Positions 1 to 13,226 of a stretch of DNA of 64,000 bases are shown piece after piece. Source of the stretch: Vitrella brassicaformis CCMP3155 (Eukaryota; Protista; Chromerida). The number at the start of each line of letters is the position of its first letter. Within the stretch, counting starts at the first letter, position 1. Position numbers and translations under genes: made by a program. The notes beneath the pieces are model-generated. The model did no database searches, was not told the DNA's origin, and saw only the letters and a program-made list of their open reading frames with translations. The stretch spans positions 124,001-188,000 of the forward strand of contig CDMY01000027.1 in NCBI GenBank assembly GCA_001179505.1. Reading direction: 5' to 3'.

Positions 1-630
1 CTCGGCTGACATGTCACGGGCTTCCTGACGGCTTGATGGCTCATCATGATCCCGAGCCCTCTTCTTGCCTCGATGAGCGGTGGCCCTATCGTCATGAGCT
101 GGAGAGTGGTGTTCCACTGGTGCATCATCTGGGGCATCGGGCTCGGTCTTGTCGACGGTTGCTGGTGGATGGGGAGGGGTGTGGCGGCCCTTGGGGTCGA
201 GAAGGCGCCGCTCATAGTCCTCCTCGAGCTCTTCCAGACTCGCCGCAGAGAACACCTGACACCCAAACACACCAGTCAGAAACCGATGTGCATGAGTCAA
301 CCAACAGCCAGATTGATCATCGTTCGTGTGTGGATCTGATCTGCTGCTGACCTTGTCATAGAAGCTGGCAGAGGCCTTGCTCGTCGATGCATGTGTCGTG
401 TCGGCAGTGGACGGCACGGCCTTGTGTTTCTTGAGGGCCCTGAGCGCCTTCTTGGCCTTGAAGTCCTTGATGCTCTTCTGCACACTGCTCTGGGAAACCC
501 ACTTGCCGCGGCTCTTGGCTGTTGGCTTCTGGTACACCACCTTCGAACTGCGGCTGGAGCGCATCTTCGCCGCTGCCTTCAGATCGCCACCGCGAGCTTC
601 ACGCCGATCGCGCGCTGGTGAAATGTTCAT
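1..630 (-). CDS. Lys/Arg-rich hypothetical protein, 3' end runs off the window
   Basis: Stop-free minus frame from ATG at 630 (MNISPARDRRE...QKSIKDFKAKKALRALKKHK) to base 1, with a probable in-frame GT-AG intron near 256-351. It is absent from the ORF track because no stop lies in the window. The true start may be the second Met (MRSSRSSK, ~564). Confidence 0.55.
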   Translation of the reverse strand, partial: MNISPARDRREARGGDLKAAAKMRSSRSSKVVYQKPTAKSRGKWVSQSSVQKSIKDFKAKKALRALKKHKAVPSTADTTHASTSKASASFYDKVSSRSDPHTNDDQSGCWLTHAHRFLTGVFGCQVFSAASLEELEEDYERRLLDPKGRHTPPHPPATVDKTEPDAPDDAPVEHHSPAHDDRATAHRGKKRARDHDEPSSRQEARDMSAE

Positions 631-647
631 GTAGAAATGCAGTAGCC

Positions 648-2238
648 ATGGCGCACGCGGACGATGGTAAGCATTCATTGTGGAATTTTGCAGCACTCCG
701 TCAGTCCACACCACCATGCACTCATCGCTCTCATTCTGTGTGGATTTGGTGCATGGGATGGCTGCAGGTTTGGTCAAGTTGGTGGTGGGGTGCAAGCAGG
801 AGGTGTTCTACGAGAAAAAGTCGCTGTTGGTCGGGGCATCGCCGCACTTTGAGACCATGCTGCAGGTGAAGTATGCGGAGCGGCAGAGGACAAATGAGTG
901 CGTGCGCATGACGTGCACTCAACGTTGCTTCTCGATATGCTGCAGGGCGATATGGCCTGCAATGAGAAAAACACCCAGACAGTGGAGCTCCCCAACGTCC
1001 ATCCCGCATGTTTCCAACAACTGAGGGCATTCGGTAAGATAAGCACTTCACTTGACCGAACCGACAAACACGCGTGGGTGGATGGATGGATGGTGCCATC
1101 CTGCCATCCTGTCATCCTGTCTGTGTGTGTGTGTGTCAGTGTACCATGGAGGCGATGACGAGCGGCAGACGGTGCTCAAGAAATACATCGAAGGCTTGGC
1201 AGAGGCCGCCGGCTCACTCACCGTCCCCGCCACCGACCAGTCGGAAACCAAAACGGGCCTGCTGCACCTGGTGGGTCGGTGGGTCGGTGGGGACAAAGAG
1301 AGAAGGCATCCAAGGTCACACACTGACTGTGAGAGGGCATACTATCCTTGTGTGTGTATGTGTGTGTGTGTGTGTATCAGTACCAGATGACGAATTCTCT
1401 GCTGATGGAGGAGCACTCAAACCTCATCCTGGTTGGTACACAGACACACAAACACACTGCTGCGCCGGCACCACCTTCATTAGACTGCAACACACACATA
1501 CATACAACGCGTCCTACCTCTCAATGTGTCGGTTCTGCGTGGCAGGGCCAGATCATGCACCAGCTGCAGCAGCTGCAAGACCCTAGCGAGTACCCGGACG
1601 GCATCGTATCCTTCCTCGTACGTCACCCCACGGCAACTAACACGAAAGAAACGACAGACACACACAGACCTGTTAGCACGAGGGAGGGACGGATGCATGT
1701 GTCGTGCATATTGTGCTGTGTGTCGATGGATTGATCAGCTGCGCGAGAAGCCGAGTCTGAAGGAGACCGAGCCGATGCGTAGTACCATCATCAACTTTGT
1801 CAAGGAGCGGGTGGCCAAGCAGGACTCGCAGGACGTGCAGAAGATCATGCTGGAGCTGGCGCCCACCTGGTGGAATGAAATCATGACAGAGCTCGAGGAC
1901 CAGGCACTAGACATGTCACGTACGTGACGTATGCACAACCAAGGAGGACAGCGCATTTCCTTTGTTTCCTTCTCAACCCCCACCACAGCGTGTGTGTGTG
2001 TGTCCTTGTTTGCTTCATCCATGTGTTGCTTACATGCGTCTGTCGGTCATGCCATGCAGGTCGTGTGGGCGAGTTGAGCGGGCAGATCAGGGAGTTTGGC
2101 CAGAGGGCCAACAAGAGGCGGAGTCAGCAGATGGACCACAACAGAGTCATGGAGATCCAGAAGGGGGACGAACTCCACGCCATGCGCACCAACATGAAGA
2201 AACTCAAGACCGCATTCTTCGAACGAATGGACGGATGA
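648..2238 (+). CDS. BTB/POZ domain protein with C-terminal coiled coil (multi-exon)
   Basis: Spliced exons give MAHADDGLVKLVVGCKQEVFYEKKSLLVGASPHFETMLQGDMACNEKNTQTVELPNVHPACFQQLRAFVYHG, a BTB signature. Later exons run in frame to ...FFERMDG*. Confidence 0.75.
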
Positions 2239-2882
2239 TCCCACCCAGCCGACAACAGTCAGGTGTGTACTGTCAGTGAGTGATGCACTGCCAGTAATGA
2301 TGCAATGCATGTGTTGTCTGTCTTGTCCTTGACACAGGCAGGGTGCGGTGCGCGCGACTGTGGCGGCTTAGCTGCACGCCACGTGCCCTCTATCCATGTA
2401 TCTATGCCACCGATACACAGAGACAAACGGGACAAATATGATGTGTGGTTTGGTCTGGCCGACTGCGTGAGGCTTGTCCCTCCATGGCATGGGAGTGTCG
2501 TATGTGTGTGTGTGTGTGTGTTGGTCTTGTGCAGTGTGTGTGTGTGCATACTCAGTTGCGGTGACGAACCATGCAACTGAAGTTGCAGTGTACATATTAG
2601 ATTCTCTCTGATGACGGTGGCGGAGTGGTTGGTATTCACAGACTATAAAGGTCACTGACACACGTACACGCAGGCACCATGCCATGCACTCACACGGTCT
2701 GTCTGTCATCTCACTCACTCACGACATCCATGCCATGCAGCCAAATAAAGGGGTCTGTCGATCTGCAGTGTCCTCACAGCCATGACTGACTGATTTGAGT
2801 CCGCGCCATCCGTGGGCGCGGGCGCATGAGAGCTACAGCTATGCACACGTCGGTCCACCAGGCTGTCTCTGTCTGTTGCTGC

Positions 2883-5800
2883 TCACGTGGCTGTTGTGAT
2901 GCCGTCGACGGTGCTGGCGTAGTGGGCCTCCTGGTTGCACAGCGGACACTTGAGCTGAGCATCCCGGGCAATGTTGTCGGGCACTCGCCGCTCCAGTGCC
3001 TCCAGGCGGGCTTCTCCTTATTGGCCGCCTCGTGGGCCGCCGCCATGTCGCGCCAGCATCCCTCACACAGGCACTTCTGCACACACACACACACACACAC
3101 GGACAATGGTGGTATGCGACTCGTGTGTGTGTCCACTGACCTGCCGACATGACAAGAATACGACTGTCGGCGTCTCCGAGATGCACATGACGCAGGTGCC
3201 CTCCCCGCCATCGCCATCAGCAGCAGCAGCAGCAGCAGCGGCCATCTCCTCCTTCTCGAGTGCAGTATGACGCACAGCGGCTTCTCTGGCTAGATCTCGC
3301 AGCTCTTGTTTGGCCCTCTTGATGTCGCGCTTGAAGGCATCCACCGCTGCGATGCTGTTGAGCGACTCCAGACGAGTAGGGGTCAGCCTGACCATGGGCA
3401 GACAGGCATACGGAGAGATGCATTCTGGCCCGTCTGTGTGTGTTGGTGGGCCTTTGTTTACCGTTTCTTTGCCTCGTGCTGCAGTGTGTGGTGCTCTTGC
3501 TCGAGCGGCTGTAGTGAGGCCTCTATCTCGCTGTGCTCGTCCGTCATCCGAGAGATCTCACCCTCCAACCTGACAGACAGACAGACAGACAGATCAAGGG
3601 CGATGGGTTCCTTCTGGCTACCATCGGGACCGTCCTCTCTTACTGGTCTATATCGTATTGGATGTGCTGTATGGCCTCGAGCAGCTGACCCTCAGTCGAC
3701 GACTCGTCCAACAACACCCGCATCGCTCCACACACAGGCACCCCACACCTGATTGATGCACACACAAGGGAGCGACACAGAGATGCAACGAAGATCGATG
3801 GCGCGCCTTCCTCACCGTCCCACCCACCCTTCAGCAGCGGATGTGGGCGTGGAGGCAGACGCTGCAGCTGCGGCTGCGGCTGAGGCGCTCTGCTGCTCGG
3901 CTGCGGGGGCCTTTGTGGGTTTGGATGCGCCGCTCTGCAGCCGGAGGGCATGCTGTGCGTCGACGGCCGTCTCCATGAGCTCGTCGAGCCGCTCCTCTTC
4001 GCGGCTGATCTTTGCCTCAAACTCATGCACTTCGGCAGCCGTGGCGAGGGACACCAACACATCGTGGCTCAGGCTGCATCAACAGCACACGGAGTGGAGC
4101 CGCTGGGAAGCCCTCTCCTTGTGTGGATCGCTCACTTGGGAGTGACGTATTTGAGTCGTCGTATGTTTGTCTTGAGCTCCTTGACGCGATGGGCATCCCC
4201 CCGACGGGCAGCCAAGAGATCACTGTACTGATCCTCCAGACTGCACACACACGGAACAAAACACATTGGTATGACACACATGGCCATGTTGTTGTGTTGT
4301 CTGACCTCTCCTTCTTGTCGATGGCTTCGTTCAGGTCAGCCCGCAACTGAGCCGTCACATTAGCCGGGCAGAACCTGCGCACACACAGTCACATTGACAG
4401 TCGCTTGGGGCTATGTTTCCTCACTGGTCTGCTGCGGTCGATGTCTGTGCGGAGGAGGGCCGGTCGGCGGGCGTCGTGCTGACCGTCGATGACGCCAGCG
4501 GGTCGACAAATGAGGACCTGACGGATGGATGACACACACACGCACACACAACAGAGCGAGTCACTCGGTGTGTGGTGGGTCCCTCCGAGCGCCTTACGAT
4601 GAGCTGGACGGCCGCTGGGCAGCAAACAAATGGCTGGCCGGCGCGCCATGGGCAGGGGAGAGAGGGGCAGGAGCGAATGGCGAAGGGCCGACACCAGCTG
4701 GAGGCTCCTGGCTGAGGACATTTCGCTGCTGCTGGTGGTCACTCGGGGCGTCAGAGAAGGCCGGCTCGACACTGTGCGCCACACACACAAGAAGGGCAAC
4801 AGATGGGGGCTACTGGGTAAAAGTGTCGGTGGCGCTGTCTGCACCTGTCGCTGTGTGTGTCTGGCGGGCAGCTCGGCGCAGCAGCTTTCTCCGTCAAATC
4901 ATCTACTTCTTCAGTCTCGTGCTGTGTGTCGTCGGCCTCCTCCCTCTCGCCATCTGCCGCTGACTCGGCCTGCTCAGCCGCCAAACGCTGAAGGCAATGA
5001 CACACACATGCAGTATCCATGTGTGCAGCGGTGCAGGGGAAGGGCACCTTGAGACGCTTCTGCTCGCGCTTTCTGGCCGCCCTCTCCTCCTTCTTGCGGG
5101 CCATCTCCTCCTCTCGCAGCAGATCGGCAGCCGCAGCCTTCTGACGGGCCACCAGATGAGCCATCAGCACGTCCACACACGACTGAACACACCAAACAAA
5201 CAAAGCGGCTGACGTGGTGTGCCTTCATCGTGTCTGCTGACCGTCCGGCCCAATTGGCGGGCGACATCGAGGGGTGTTTCGTTCTTGTTGACGGCCTCAG
5301 CGTCGACGCCCCTCTCCAGCAGCCACTTGATCACCTCGGACCACCCATTACCAGCCGCCAAATGCAGCAGAGACCAGCCCTCGTTGGTACGGCAGTGCAG
5401 ACTCAGCACGGGCCTCTTGCGACGCCCTCCCTTGCCCTCGGTCGGTGTACTGCGCGTCCGGCCGTGGCGTTCGAGCACCTCCAGGGTGGCCACTGCACGC
5501 GACTGCCGGGCCTTCTCCTTCTGCTCCGCCTCCTTCGTCGCTGTGCCGCCGGCCGCCTGCTGTCCCCCATCTTCTGCAAGGCCAACGTTTCCGGCCCCTT
5601 TGCCCTTGCTGGCGGCCTTCTTGCGGCTCTTGCTGCCCACCATGGGCTCGGGAGGGGGCACGGGAGCTGTCGCAACACACAAGAGCGTCAGCGCGCGTCA
5701 GTCTGGCTCAATCGACCAGTCACTCACCGTCGCTATCTTGGTTGCGACGGCAGGCGAGCTGAAGAAGATTCATGCCGTCGAGGAAGTCCCCCTCAGAGAG

Positions 5801-8800
5801 GACTGACGGGTCGGCATGCGGCTGCTGCAGAAGGTAGTCGAGGACCTCATGCTGGTGATAATAAGCAGCAGCACCTGAAGACACCAAGTCAGACTTGTGT
5901 CCATCCGGCATTTCTCTCCTGTCCTGTCCTGTCCTGTCCTCTCGACACTCACCGACAGCCGATGACTTCATAACTTTTCTGTCTTCACAGTCCACAGCCG
6001 CCGGACCGATTTCGTTGACGTCGGCATTATACTCGACCAGAGACTGCAGACAGACAGACAGACAGACAGACAGGCCCATGAGAGGCGGCTAAGTGATCTC
6101 ATGCGGTCTCTCTACTGGCGTACCTTGACGATCCGCGGCGGACAGGGAGCATCAGACGCGACTGCCTCGATCAGCAAAGGCGTCCGCAAATAATCTGATG
6201 CCATCCAGACGTAAACAGACATATCACCCTCCCAGCCCGCTTTGATTCTCCACTTACCGTCCCGCCGAATGCTCTCGCCCTCGAATGGCTCGATGCTGGC
6301 AGGCGAGAGGTCTCGCCACCTGATAACCTCCCCGTCCCTCGCCCGCACCTGTCCCACCGACAGACCCTCGTCGCCGCCCTCCTCCGTCGGCTTGATGAAG
6401 TTCTCCCGCAGCAGCGTGTCGAGTGACCCAGCCGAGCCGTACAGGGCACATGACTGAAGGGCCTGCTTCAGCACGAAGCCGTTTCTGTAGGAGACCATGG
6501 GAGTGGGCAGCGACGACAGCAGCGAGCGGTCCTCCTTGAGATCGACGGGCCTGCGTGGCCCCTCTGGCGTCAACAGGTCGTGTCTGCACGCCTCCCGGAT
6601 CGCTCTCGCCGTGGCCTTCATCTGCACCACTCCCCTGGCCGCCTTCTCACGCAGCTCCTGCCTCTTCCTGTGGTGTGCCGCGGCCGCTGCTGGTGCCTCG
6701 ACACTGCCGCCCTCCTCCATCAGACCAGCTGCAGCTGCCTGCATCCATCCATCCACACAAACGGTGTGGTCTGTGTGTATGCGTGCCCCTGCCATATGTG
6801 TGTGGGGCGGTGCTTCGCTTGCCGTGGGGATGGAAGATGATCCCGTACTGGCTCCTGCAGCAGTGTTGGTGGCCGTCTGCCCCGAACGGGCCGCGAAATG
6901 CTTCAGCAGCACAGCCTCGCACTCCTGTGAAACACGACAGGGCGGACTCACTCACTGTCACGGCTCATTGGACGCCATTCCTTGACAGCTGACCTTCCGG
7001 CCGAATCGACGGGCGGAGTCGAGAGGCGTTTCGTTGAACTGATTGACAGCCCCAGGGTCCGCCCCATTCTCGAGCAGCCACTCGACCAGGCTGCACCAGC
7101 CGTTGCCGGTGGCCATGTGCAGGGGCGTGTTGTCATATTCGTCCCTGCCGTTGATGTCGAAGATGCCGCTGTCTTTCCCGCCGTACTTGACCAGTCCCTC
7201 CGCATCGAGCACCTCGATCGTGGCTAGGGCCTGCCGCTGTTGCGCTTCCGACGGCTGCGCACCCTCGAGGGACGGCGGGCCAATGCACCCCAGCTGAAGC
7301 AAGCAAGTCAAGAGAAAGGTGGATGGGGGGGCCTGGCAAAGACAGAGGAGGCACGAACAGGGATGGAGGTCATTCGTTCAGAGGTGTGGGCTGTGGTACC
7401 TACCGTGTCCGTGCTCAAACGTCGCGATTGACGGGACTGCGGGGTCGGCTCTTGCCTCACAAAGGAGGAAACCGAGGAGATCCGGATGGTGCCACAATGC
7501 TGCCGCGCCTACACATACACGGAAAGCGGACATGCATGAGACAGGGACAATGCGATGAGGCTGTGTCTCAGCAATATCTTCCTTGCCGCTTACCGACGGC
7601 GGATGTGTTGTAGCTGAGCTTGCCGTAAGTCACCTTTCTCTGGCCGCCATAGCCTCGTGCATTCACATCGGCGTTGTACGCCAGCAGCGTCTGCATAACA
7701 CAGACACATGGAGGCTTCCATTGCACGCAGCCAGCACGACAGGCTCAGGACGTACCCGCATGATCTGGATGGGCGCGTTGGCCACGGCTGCCTGCACGAC
7801 CAGGGGGGACGGCACATAATCTGGACACACAGACAAGATCAGAACCAACGTGCACTAAGTGCCGAACCGTCCATATCTCTCTCTGTCTGCCTGCCTGTCT
7901 GTCTGTCTGTCTGTCTGCGGACCTTCAGTGGCTAGAGTGAGAGGTTCGTCACTGTACATGCACGATGGATAGAGAGCATCCAGGGTCAGGTCGTCCCACT
8001 TGAGCACCTTCCCGCCCCTCTTGGCCCACACCTCACCCACAGCCAGCCTCCCCTTGTCCTTCTCGGTCGGCTTGACGAGCGTCTCCCTCAGCAGCGCCTC
8101 GAGCGAACCGGCCGCACCGTGGACCACACACGCCTGCAGGGCGTGGCGGAAGAGCACACCGTCCATGACGAAGGGGTCGGGAAAGCCCGGATTTGGCAGC
8201 GATGAGAGCAGGGATTGGTCCTCCTTGAGATGCACGGCCTTGCGCTGATCTTCTGGCACCAGCTGATCGTGGGCGTACATCTCCCGCATCGCCCGCACCA
8301 TGGCCTTCATCTTCTGGCTGTTCGGGTCCATCCGCTTGAGAGTCTCATCCTGCCAGCGCGCGATAAGCTCGTCCAGCTCCCCCACCAGCCCCGGGAACAG
8401 CTCCTCCACCACCACCTTCTTGGGCCGTGAGTGCCGCTCGTCGGCATCACCCCCGTCCTCACCGCCCGACCCATCGTCGTTGTGCATCCGTCCCCGAGCT
8501 GTCCCCTTGGTGTCCGCCGACCGAGTGGGCCCGCCGGGCGTGCCGATGGCGCTGCGGAGATTGGCCAGGGAGAGGAAGGGCGACGAGCTGCCGGCGGGGG
8601 AAGATGCCTTGCCCTGCTTCTGGGGGAAATCTCTGTCGTGCTTGGGCAAGTGGACGGACGGCTCTTGGCCGTTCTGCTCGTGTGAGTCGCTGAGGTTGTC
8701 GTCTGCCAGCTTTGAGAAGTAGGAGCTCTGCTCGAGCTGCCCCTCGATGGAGTGCAGGCTGGTGTTCTCCTCCAGCACAGCCAGCCGCTTTCGCATCGCC

Positions 8801-10718
8801 GTCGTCACATCCGTGGCCGGGGAAGGCACACCAGGCGTGTCGTCCGGCAGCTCCTCACCTTCCCCCTCGGCCAGCCCGCCCCTCTGCCGGACCATCTTGC
8901 CCATCTGCTGCCTCTCCGCCTTGTCCAGCCCTGCTGCGTCCTTGCTGCCCACCAGTGAGCTGGGGCCGTCGCTGTCAGGACCGCGGTCTCCCTCGAGCAG
9001 ACCAGGACACCAGGCGACCGATGGCCGAGCCGTCGCCGACAAGCACCTGCCCTTGGACGGCTCGTCCTGCAGCTTGGAGGTGAGGATTCCTCTGCTGAAC
9101 TCAGGGGCGCCCTGCTGGTGCCGAGGGGGAGTGGTGGACAGTGAGAGCCGATTGGTCGGTTGGTCGTCACTTGCCGACGCTGGTGTTGGTGGAGGGGCTT
9201 GGGTGGGAAGAGGGGGCCCGGATGCCCACTTGCAGGCCTCCTCGAGCTCTGAGTCGCTCATGCCATGACAGCTGATGGAGGTCGGTATGTCCTCAGACGC
9301 ACGTTCAGCACTGGCACCAGCATCCTCCTCTGTGGCCTTCTGCACCGACTAGTGGGCTGGGGGAGGGGGCGGGGAGGACGGTGGGGTACGGGCTATGGTG
9401 ATGATGGTCGTTTGCGCGTCCGCCGACACAAAAGACGCGCTGCTGTCGGTGATGCTGCTGAGGGGGTTCCATCTGACGAAGTAGAACCACAGGGTCAGAT
9501 CCCCTGGTACCTCCCGCGTCAGTCCCCCTGGTAAAGTGCCCCACTCGCAAGACACCCCGCTGGCGGATCCGGGATAGGACACGTCAGAGGGCAGCAGCTT
9601 CTCGGCTGACAGCATGACGATCGTCTTCGGGTGACCGCCGACCACCACTCCACGGTCCATCAGCTCGTCCACCACCTTCTCCACGATTGTGCCTAGATTC
9701 ACTCTGCGGCTGCCCGTCTCTTGGGGGTGCCCGTCATCCCACCCCTGCTTCAACGTCATGCGGACCGCCGTCTCGAAGTGCCCCTTCTCCTCTGGGGATA
9801 CCGATGTGGTTGCGGAGGGGTCGCCGGCCTCACGGCCGTCGGCCAGACACACACAGAGGGGCTGCACGGAGGCACATGCAGAGAGGCCATGACCAAGTGT
9901 GTGCGAATGATTTGTGTGCTTCCTTACCCCGTGTGTGTACGGCGGACACCAGGGAGCCGATACCCCGAACAGAGTTGTGCGCAGACGCACGCAGAAGCTT
10001 CGCTGATGGGGCATGTGTTGCTTGAGGCCGACAGCGACCTCCTCCCCCCACCCGCCATCAGGCCGGGAAAGCGACCCATGCGCCTGATCGGCGACCTTCG
10101 ACAACATCCGTGCTGCCTCGTCAGGGAGGATGGGAGGAAATGTGTTGCCAAGCTGACTGCGAACCAAGTGGCGATTGTAGTCCTCCTCACTGACGCCCGC
10201 CGCACCGACTAGAGTCCTGTGAAGTTGCTGAATGGCGGGGTGCTGCACACAGACACAACGCATCCACCGCCATTCAGCCCACGGGTGGTGTTCGTGTGTG
10301 TGTGTGTGTGTGTTTGCGTACTCATGCGTGTACGACGCACCTTGACAAGGTCTGCCACGAGTTCCATCGGATCAAAACCGTAATCGCTCCTCCCTCCGCC
10401 GAGGATGGCTCGCCCCACACCGGCTGGTGTGCTCGCAGCCGGGGATGCACTGTTGGCAGGCAGCTGTGCGTGGTTCTCATGTGAGTGCATGGGGCGGTGA
10501 GGGCCGATGGGTGACGAAAGAGAGGCGCTGGTTGCTGTGGTGCCGAGGCCTCCCTTCGCCTCCGACGATGCATAGGTCCTGCTCTTGGACACACGGCGAA
10601 CCTCTCGCAGATTGTCTGCTGGCGAATCACGGCCTCCATCTTCGGTGCTCTTATCCTCGTACAGGGCCTTCTTGCCGCCAGCCAGGCCTTTCTGCAGGTT
10701 CTTGGCGAAGTCACTCAT
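2883..10718 (-). CDS. Large ankyrin-repeat plus C-terminal C3HC4 RING protein (putative E3 ligase), internally duplicated, apparent frameshift in the RING
   Basis: Ankyrin motifs NTPLHMATGNGWCSLVEWLLENGAD and SLLHLAAGNGWSEVIKWLLERGVD; coiled coils; RING CVMC...CRHKCLCEGC, with CPLC in a shifted frame. Exons join by GT-AG. Linkage across 9349 is uncertain, so this may be two genes. Confidence 0.7.
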
Positions 10719-11011
10719 GCCGCCGGGTGAGCGGGATTATGACCTCATGATAGAGATTGGAAGTCACGAGGCCGATACACGCCGATGATGGTTGATGCCA
10801 TGGATGATGCGGCAGATCTGCCGAGTCAGCAACTTGCCCGTGCGTCGAACGCCACTCCCAATGGGCTGAGGAAGCCCTTCGCCATCCATCGTCGGATGTC
10901 CCTTGCTGTCTGTGCTAGGGTGTGGTGGCGTGAAACCACTGATGGATGATACGAGGCTCGGAACGGACTGAAAGAATGACGGGAAGAGCAACACCAGCGT
11001 CAGATCCGACA

Positions 11012-12603
11012 ATGGATGCTTGTCAAGCCTCAACAACAGGCTGCACGAGGAGGCGAAGGTCAGCTGTTCTCCACCATCGGCTGTCGGTGGCTGCGACCGT
11101 CTTCCTCTCATCGTTGCTCTCCATGCAGCTCGCCACCTCCCTCCGCGTCACACAGCTGGACATTCTTCGCTCGAGATCTCACCCGCGGCGGCACCTTCCA
11201 AGAGATCCATTCATCGCCTTCCTGCACTCGCCGCTCACTCTCGCCGTGCCCGCGAGTCCCCTGCCATCATCACGGCATCATCCACAGCACAGCAGAAGGA
11301 TGCGAGCACCCACACTCAGCACAGTCACTCTCAGGATGAGTGCGTCAGCATCAGCAGCAGGGTCGCCAGATGAGGAGGCGATGGAGGACGAGTCCATAGG
11401 GAAGGAGATCATCATGAAGGACCAGGCCACCAACCGGTACCTGCAGGCCACCGTCTACGACGTCCTGCCCGTCAACGACATCAAGTACGTCCTCTGCGCC
11501 CCCAACCTCACGCCCGTGTGCTTCTCGCGGGAGGACCCCGAGAGCGGCATGCAGCTACAGATCGGTGCTGACGAGCCTATAGTGGATGAGCTGTGGGGTC
11601 TGGTGGCGCCTCAGCTGGAGGAGGAGGGCGTGGTGCTGTACCGCACGCCGTTTGTCTTGACGGCTGACGGGGAGCTGGACGCCTTCATGGAGGAACAGGA
11701 GGGCAAAGAGGCGGAGGAAGGAGGTCAGTCAGCACGTGGGTGGGTGACGGAGGGAGGGAGGGACGATGGTAAAGGAGTTCAGACGAATAGGGGCTGAATG
11801 CTTTCTCCTCTGTGTGTGTGTGTCTGTGTGCGTGCGTCAGCGGGAGACGGTGTGTTTCGGGATGAGAATGGGCAGTGGTGGGTCGAGACCGACAGTAAGT
11901 GTTCACACACGTGGCAGCGAGGATACATACCCCCTCACAGCAAGTAGCTGAGTCAATGTGTGTGTGTGTGTGTGTGCGTAGCTGGTAAGGTGCCGATCAA
12001 GTACACGGGCTACAGCCCCACCCTGGGCGTCGAGGACGAAGAAGACGCACTCAGCGGTAAGATGACAGGACAAAGACGGAACCGGGCGGAGGCCATGAGT
12101 GCGGTGAGGTGCATGAGTGTGTGTGTATGTATGTGTGTGTTTGTCAGACTACATGGGGGACTATGAAGAGGAGTGGACGGCAGGAGAGATCAGCGCCGAC
12201 ATGGAAGAAGACGTAACCGACTACCCACACACACACCCGCACACTGAAACAGACGAATGCCGCCCGCCTCATGTTTATGTGGCATGCTATGCATCCACCC
12301 ATGCCATGGCATGCAGGTGACTCCGTTGGCGTCGCTTGAGTACAAGGGTGTGGAGTACGAGCTGTCGCGTCTGCCCGACTCCATCCGCATGTTTGGCGTG
12401 CCCACCGATGAGGTCTTCGATGGAAAACCCGTCTACACATGGCCATCGGACGAAGAGGTATGGATGTATGTGTGTGTGGGTGGGTGTGTATGCATGCTCG
12501 CACACAAACAATCGTATTGTGTGTTGTGTGTCAGATTGAGACTTTGGAGTACGGGCTGGATGAGGACAGGAGAATGCTGGAACAAATACCCAAGGGTATC
12601 TGA
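11012..12603 (+). CDS. DUF3727-like protein, probably plastid-targeted
   Basis: Hydrophobic signal plus S/R/H-rich transit-like leader. Segments YLQATVYDVLPVNDIKYVLCAPNLTPV, LEEEGVVLYRTPFVLTADGEL and VTPLASLEYKGVEYEL resemble cyanobacterial/plastid DUF3727 proteins (recognised from memory). The last exon is uncertain (stop at 12603 or 12845). Confidence 0.65.
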
Positions 12604-13226
12604 GGGGACGGGAGGGGAGGGGAGATAGACGGAAGGCAGATAGATACATAGTCTCTGTGCGCTGCATGGGATGTGTTACTGATCTGTTTGTTTGTCCGAC
12701 TGTCCGTCCACCACTCAAATGTGGTGTGGTGAACATTGTGACCTGTCTGTGTCTCGGATGTCATTCATTCCATGCATGTTTTAAAGCCTCTTGTATCCGC
12801 TCCAAGTCGCAAATGGGCTCACCTAGACAGATCTCCACTTCTTGAGGATCGCGACCTCGGGGGGCGGTCAAGGGGCTTCTTCCGGCGGAGACTCAATGCC
12901 TTATCTGTGTGATCCATGTATTTCAGTGTTAAGCATGGGAATCAATTGTATTCAGGGACAAAGGAGTGATATGTTGTGTTGCGATACACAGGGGTGTCAA
13001 TTCGCAGTCACGCACGCTCACCGGCAGAACACACTACCACGCACGTGCATCCATCGACAACGAAAACAAAACACTGTCAGTCAGTCAGCACAAAAAATAC
13101 AAAGAGGCCGGCGAGCGCCTGAGCACACACACGAAGAAACGCACTCTCTGCTGCATTAATCGATCCCTGCCTCTCTGACCTCGAGTTGGTGTCTCTGCTG
13201 TGTGAGGACCCATGTGTGTCGTCATG

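Noticed and set aside
1-630. Assignment as rRNA-processing factor Fyv7
   Set aside because: Only compositional similarity; the diagnostic C-terminus is outside the window.
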